This document shows, piece by piece, positions 61,362 to 64,000 of a stretch of 64,000 nucleotides of DNA. The notes under the pieces were generated by a model. That model saw only the letters and a program-made list of their open reading frames with translations, was not told the origin of the DNA and made no database searches. This DNA comes from Paraphysomonas bandaiensis (lineage: Eukaryota > Protista > Chrysophyceae): positions 1-64,000 of the forward strand of contig CBFFRP010000149.1 of assembly GCA_965644295.1 (NCBI GenBank). The letters run 5' to 3'. The translations under genes were made by a program, and so were the position numbers. Within the stretch, counting starts at the first letter, position 1, and each line of letters opens with the position of its first letter.

Positions 61362-64000
61362 TCATGATGCAATAACCCTGCGATTCAATAGATATAATAA
61401 GCGCTTCAGTTCTGAGCCGTCAACAACAAAATTGAAAACAGTGTGATTGGCTTCGCCCTCAGGCTCACTGAAAAGTATTGGCTCATCCAATACATCTCCA
61501 ATCAGCAAATCCGTGGACTGTTGGGACCCAATATCTCCAAATACATCGCCACTACCAAGGAGACTATTGTTGGTCATCGAGGACTTTGGGGACTCTTGAT
61601 GACCCATGCACAGCTTCGGAGGGTGCTTTGCCACAGCCAGGCTCTCAATGGCTAACGAATACAGTCCGGCTTCGCGACATATTCCACTGCCTTGCCACTC
61701 GTATCCAAACTTTCGTGCATTGTAGTGACATGCAGATGTATCAATCCGATGGCTGGTGCTAGGAGTGTCCACAACATGACCTAGTCCCATTCGGTCCAGG
61801 CCCGCCAAAGGTGATCTTGGATCAGCGATTTCGGAACTCGAGTACAAATCGAATGGTCTAATGAGTGGGTCTTCAAATGGGCTGGTCATATCAGCAGTGG
61901 GGTAATTCAGTCCATATGCGCTTGCAGATACCTCATATAATTCTCGGCGAATAAGTTCTCTAAGAGGGTTCTCTGGGGAATCACACCACAGGGATATCTT
62001 GAAAAGGCTCTCCATGCATACAGAAGCATTCAAAGATGTTTCCATCTGTATTGCCTGCAAAAGTACCCCAACGACCTGTATGAGAGGCGGGAGATGGCAA
62101 CCTGTCTGGGATGTGCTACAGTGAGTGAAGGATATTGGGAACTGATACAAAACAGTACGAAGAGTAGGATCCACAGCTGCCGCAGGAATATCTGAACTTT
62201 TGAATTCTTTATCATAATCCCACAAGCAAACCTACAGATAAAACTACTTCATCAATACAATAAAAAAAGCAAAGAAATTCACGTACGTATTCTCCAAGTG
62301 CCCATAAAGCAAAGTGTCGCAGACTAAGAAGACCCTGGTGATGCGAGACGTGGGGAAGAGAACAATGTGATGTATGCAAGTCTTTGGAATATTTACTACG
62401 AGATAGCGGTGCGGAGTGCCAGAGAGTCCCGTCAGCAGCACCAATAAGAGAGCGCAAGATAGTTTCCCGGGCATGGCGGTGCTCACCATACTCGTAGAGT
62501 TTCTGCCACACCTGGATAAGCACCCCTGCAGCATTCCCCCCATCTGTAACAAAACACCTGACAGCTTCCTCGGCGCACGCTAGAGCCATCCCTAGCAATT
62601 CTTCTGAGTAAAATGGTGATGCAGTCACTCTTCCAAACACGTGATTCACTAAATGCTCGGCGAGATCCTCCCCAATAGCAGGTGTCGCTACAATCATCTG
62701 CTCTCGAAGCCAATCCCAGAGTCCACAATGGAGCGACACACGCCCTCTGTTGTCGGGCATAATCCACAAAAGTGCTTTCAGCACTTCGCTTCTTGCGTGA
62801 GGAAGGTACACACGGGACTGAAGGAATTCCCTGCATAATTGAGCCAACCTTGTACCCAGAGGACGGACTAAGTTCTCAAGGCGCGTTTCTTCTTCCGCGG
62901 CACTGCTCTCATCCAAATGGTCATTAATAGGCCGCAGTGTCATATACCGTCCAATACGAATACTTGCTCGACATAAGGGAAAGAGACTAATCTCTCCAAA
63001 ACCAATCGGAATAGTAGCCTCCTGCTGACCTGCTGGTAATGATTGATTCGCAGCAGCAGCCTCATTTCCCGCCTCCTCCGTTACTGGGACAAAGAGTTTA
63101 CTTAGATGTGGGAGGATAGAGTTCACCAGTCGGGAAACTAGTTCCGGACCGCCAATACTTGCAAGGGCTGCACGGAAGGAATCTCCTGCGAAGTTATGGA
63201 GCATGAGACGCATTAATAAGCATGCAAGTGGGGTGAGCACGAAGGTGCAGTTGGTCTGGCGCAGACGTACCTTGTGGAATTTCCGTTAGTACTCGGATGC
63301 ACTCCACACGAATCTTTAAGCGATTGTCTTCAAGCATCTTAAATAAAAATTTCAGCGTCTCCTCTATAGGTCTTTTGGTAGTTATGTTAGCATCTTTATC
63401 GGCTTCTGTGGAGATTATGAAGGCTTTACAAGCTTCCATGAGGTAAACACAACTCATAACATCGCTACAGTGTCTCCAGTCTTTTAAACTGGAAATAAAG
63501 TACTCTCCAATCTCATAGGAATGAGATTCCAACGATGACTTAAGAAGATAGAATGAGTGTCGCGCGAGCTGAATATGGGGAGATCGACAGCCTGTGAGGA
63601 TAACATGTATTGAGTGCGGGGGTGGACACCGACGAATCCGACGAAGTGAAGAAAACAACGCCGTCCAGAAATGAAGGCGATTCTCAAACTCTTCATTAGC
63701 TTTCTTTTGACCTAAAAATTTTTTTTCCTTCTCAGGGTACTTGAGAGTTTTTATAGTAGTTATTAGCGTCGCCTCTACAAGGTCCTCGCTTTGGCAAGCA
63801 AACACAATCCGGGCTAATAACCTCCAGGCCATACATAGTCTACTACCAGTGGCCTGTTTAATTTCAAACAATAGGTGCTGAATTAATTCCGTCGATATCT
63901 TGCTCATAGCCCCGGCGTTACAAGTGTTGCTCACCATATCACTTAACAGGAAATAACTAGTGCGAACTATCTTTTTATCTATATCCAGTGCTGATGTATC
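61362..64000 (-). CDS. Large adaptin-like solenoid protein resembling TPLATE (TSET complex); 5' end probably outside the window
   Basis: Three long ORFs are joined by introns (63186-63270 and ~62234-62286). Ordered motifs VLKALLW, LVNHVFGRVTASP...ELLGMA, VLIQVWQK and FALWALGEY parallel plant TPLATE as recalled. Confidence 0.65.

Overview
Eukaryotic nuclear DNA, AT-rich, with many short GT-AG introns (about 40-60 nt). The Crypton and hAT types point to a stramenopile-like protist; that taxon call is inference. About twelve host genes sit among heavily nested transposon debris. Host genes: a signal-peptide/PDZ/PA-domain protein ending in KDEL; a WDR31-like WD40 protein; a roughly 2,800-aa ankyrin plus repeat-rich disordered protein; an iduronate-2-sulfatase-like sulfatase; a secreted protein of unknown function; a sulfotransferase; a dual-specificity phosphatase with a BAG-like tail; a RimJ/RimL GNAT; a TLC-domain membrane protein; a DNAJC9-like J protein; an unassigned ORF; and the 3' part of a TPLATE-like (TSET) adaptin. 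Mobile DNA: a decayed Crypton, several hAT elements and MITEs with exact 8-bp target-site duplications (TSDs), a PIF/Harbinger element with TTA TSD, and piggyBac, Copia and Gypsy relics. The most notable repeat is a roughly 510-bp non-autonomous retroposon. It has a structured 5' head with no clear tRNA promoter boxes, shares its last ~200 bp with a LINE-like 3' end also present here, and occurs in about seven full or partial copies. No CRISPR array, rRNA or convincing tRNA was seen. All homology calls come from recognising motifs by eye, not from database searches.
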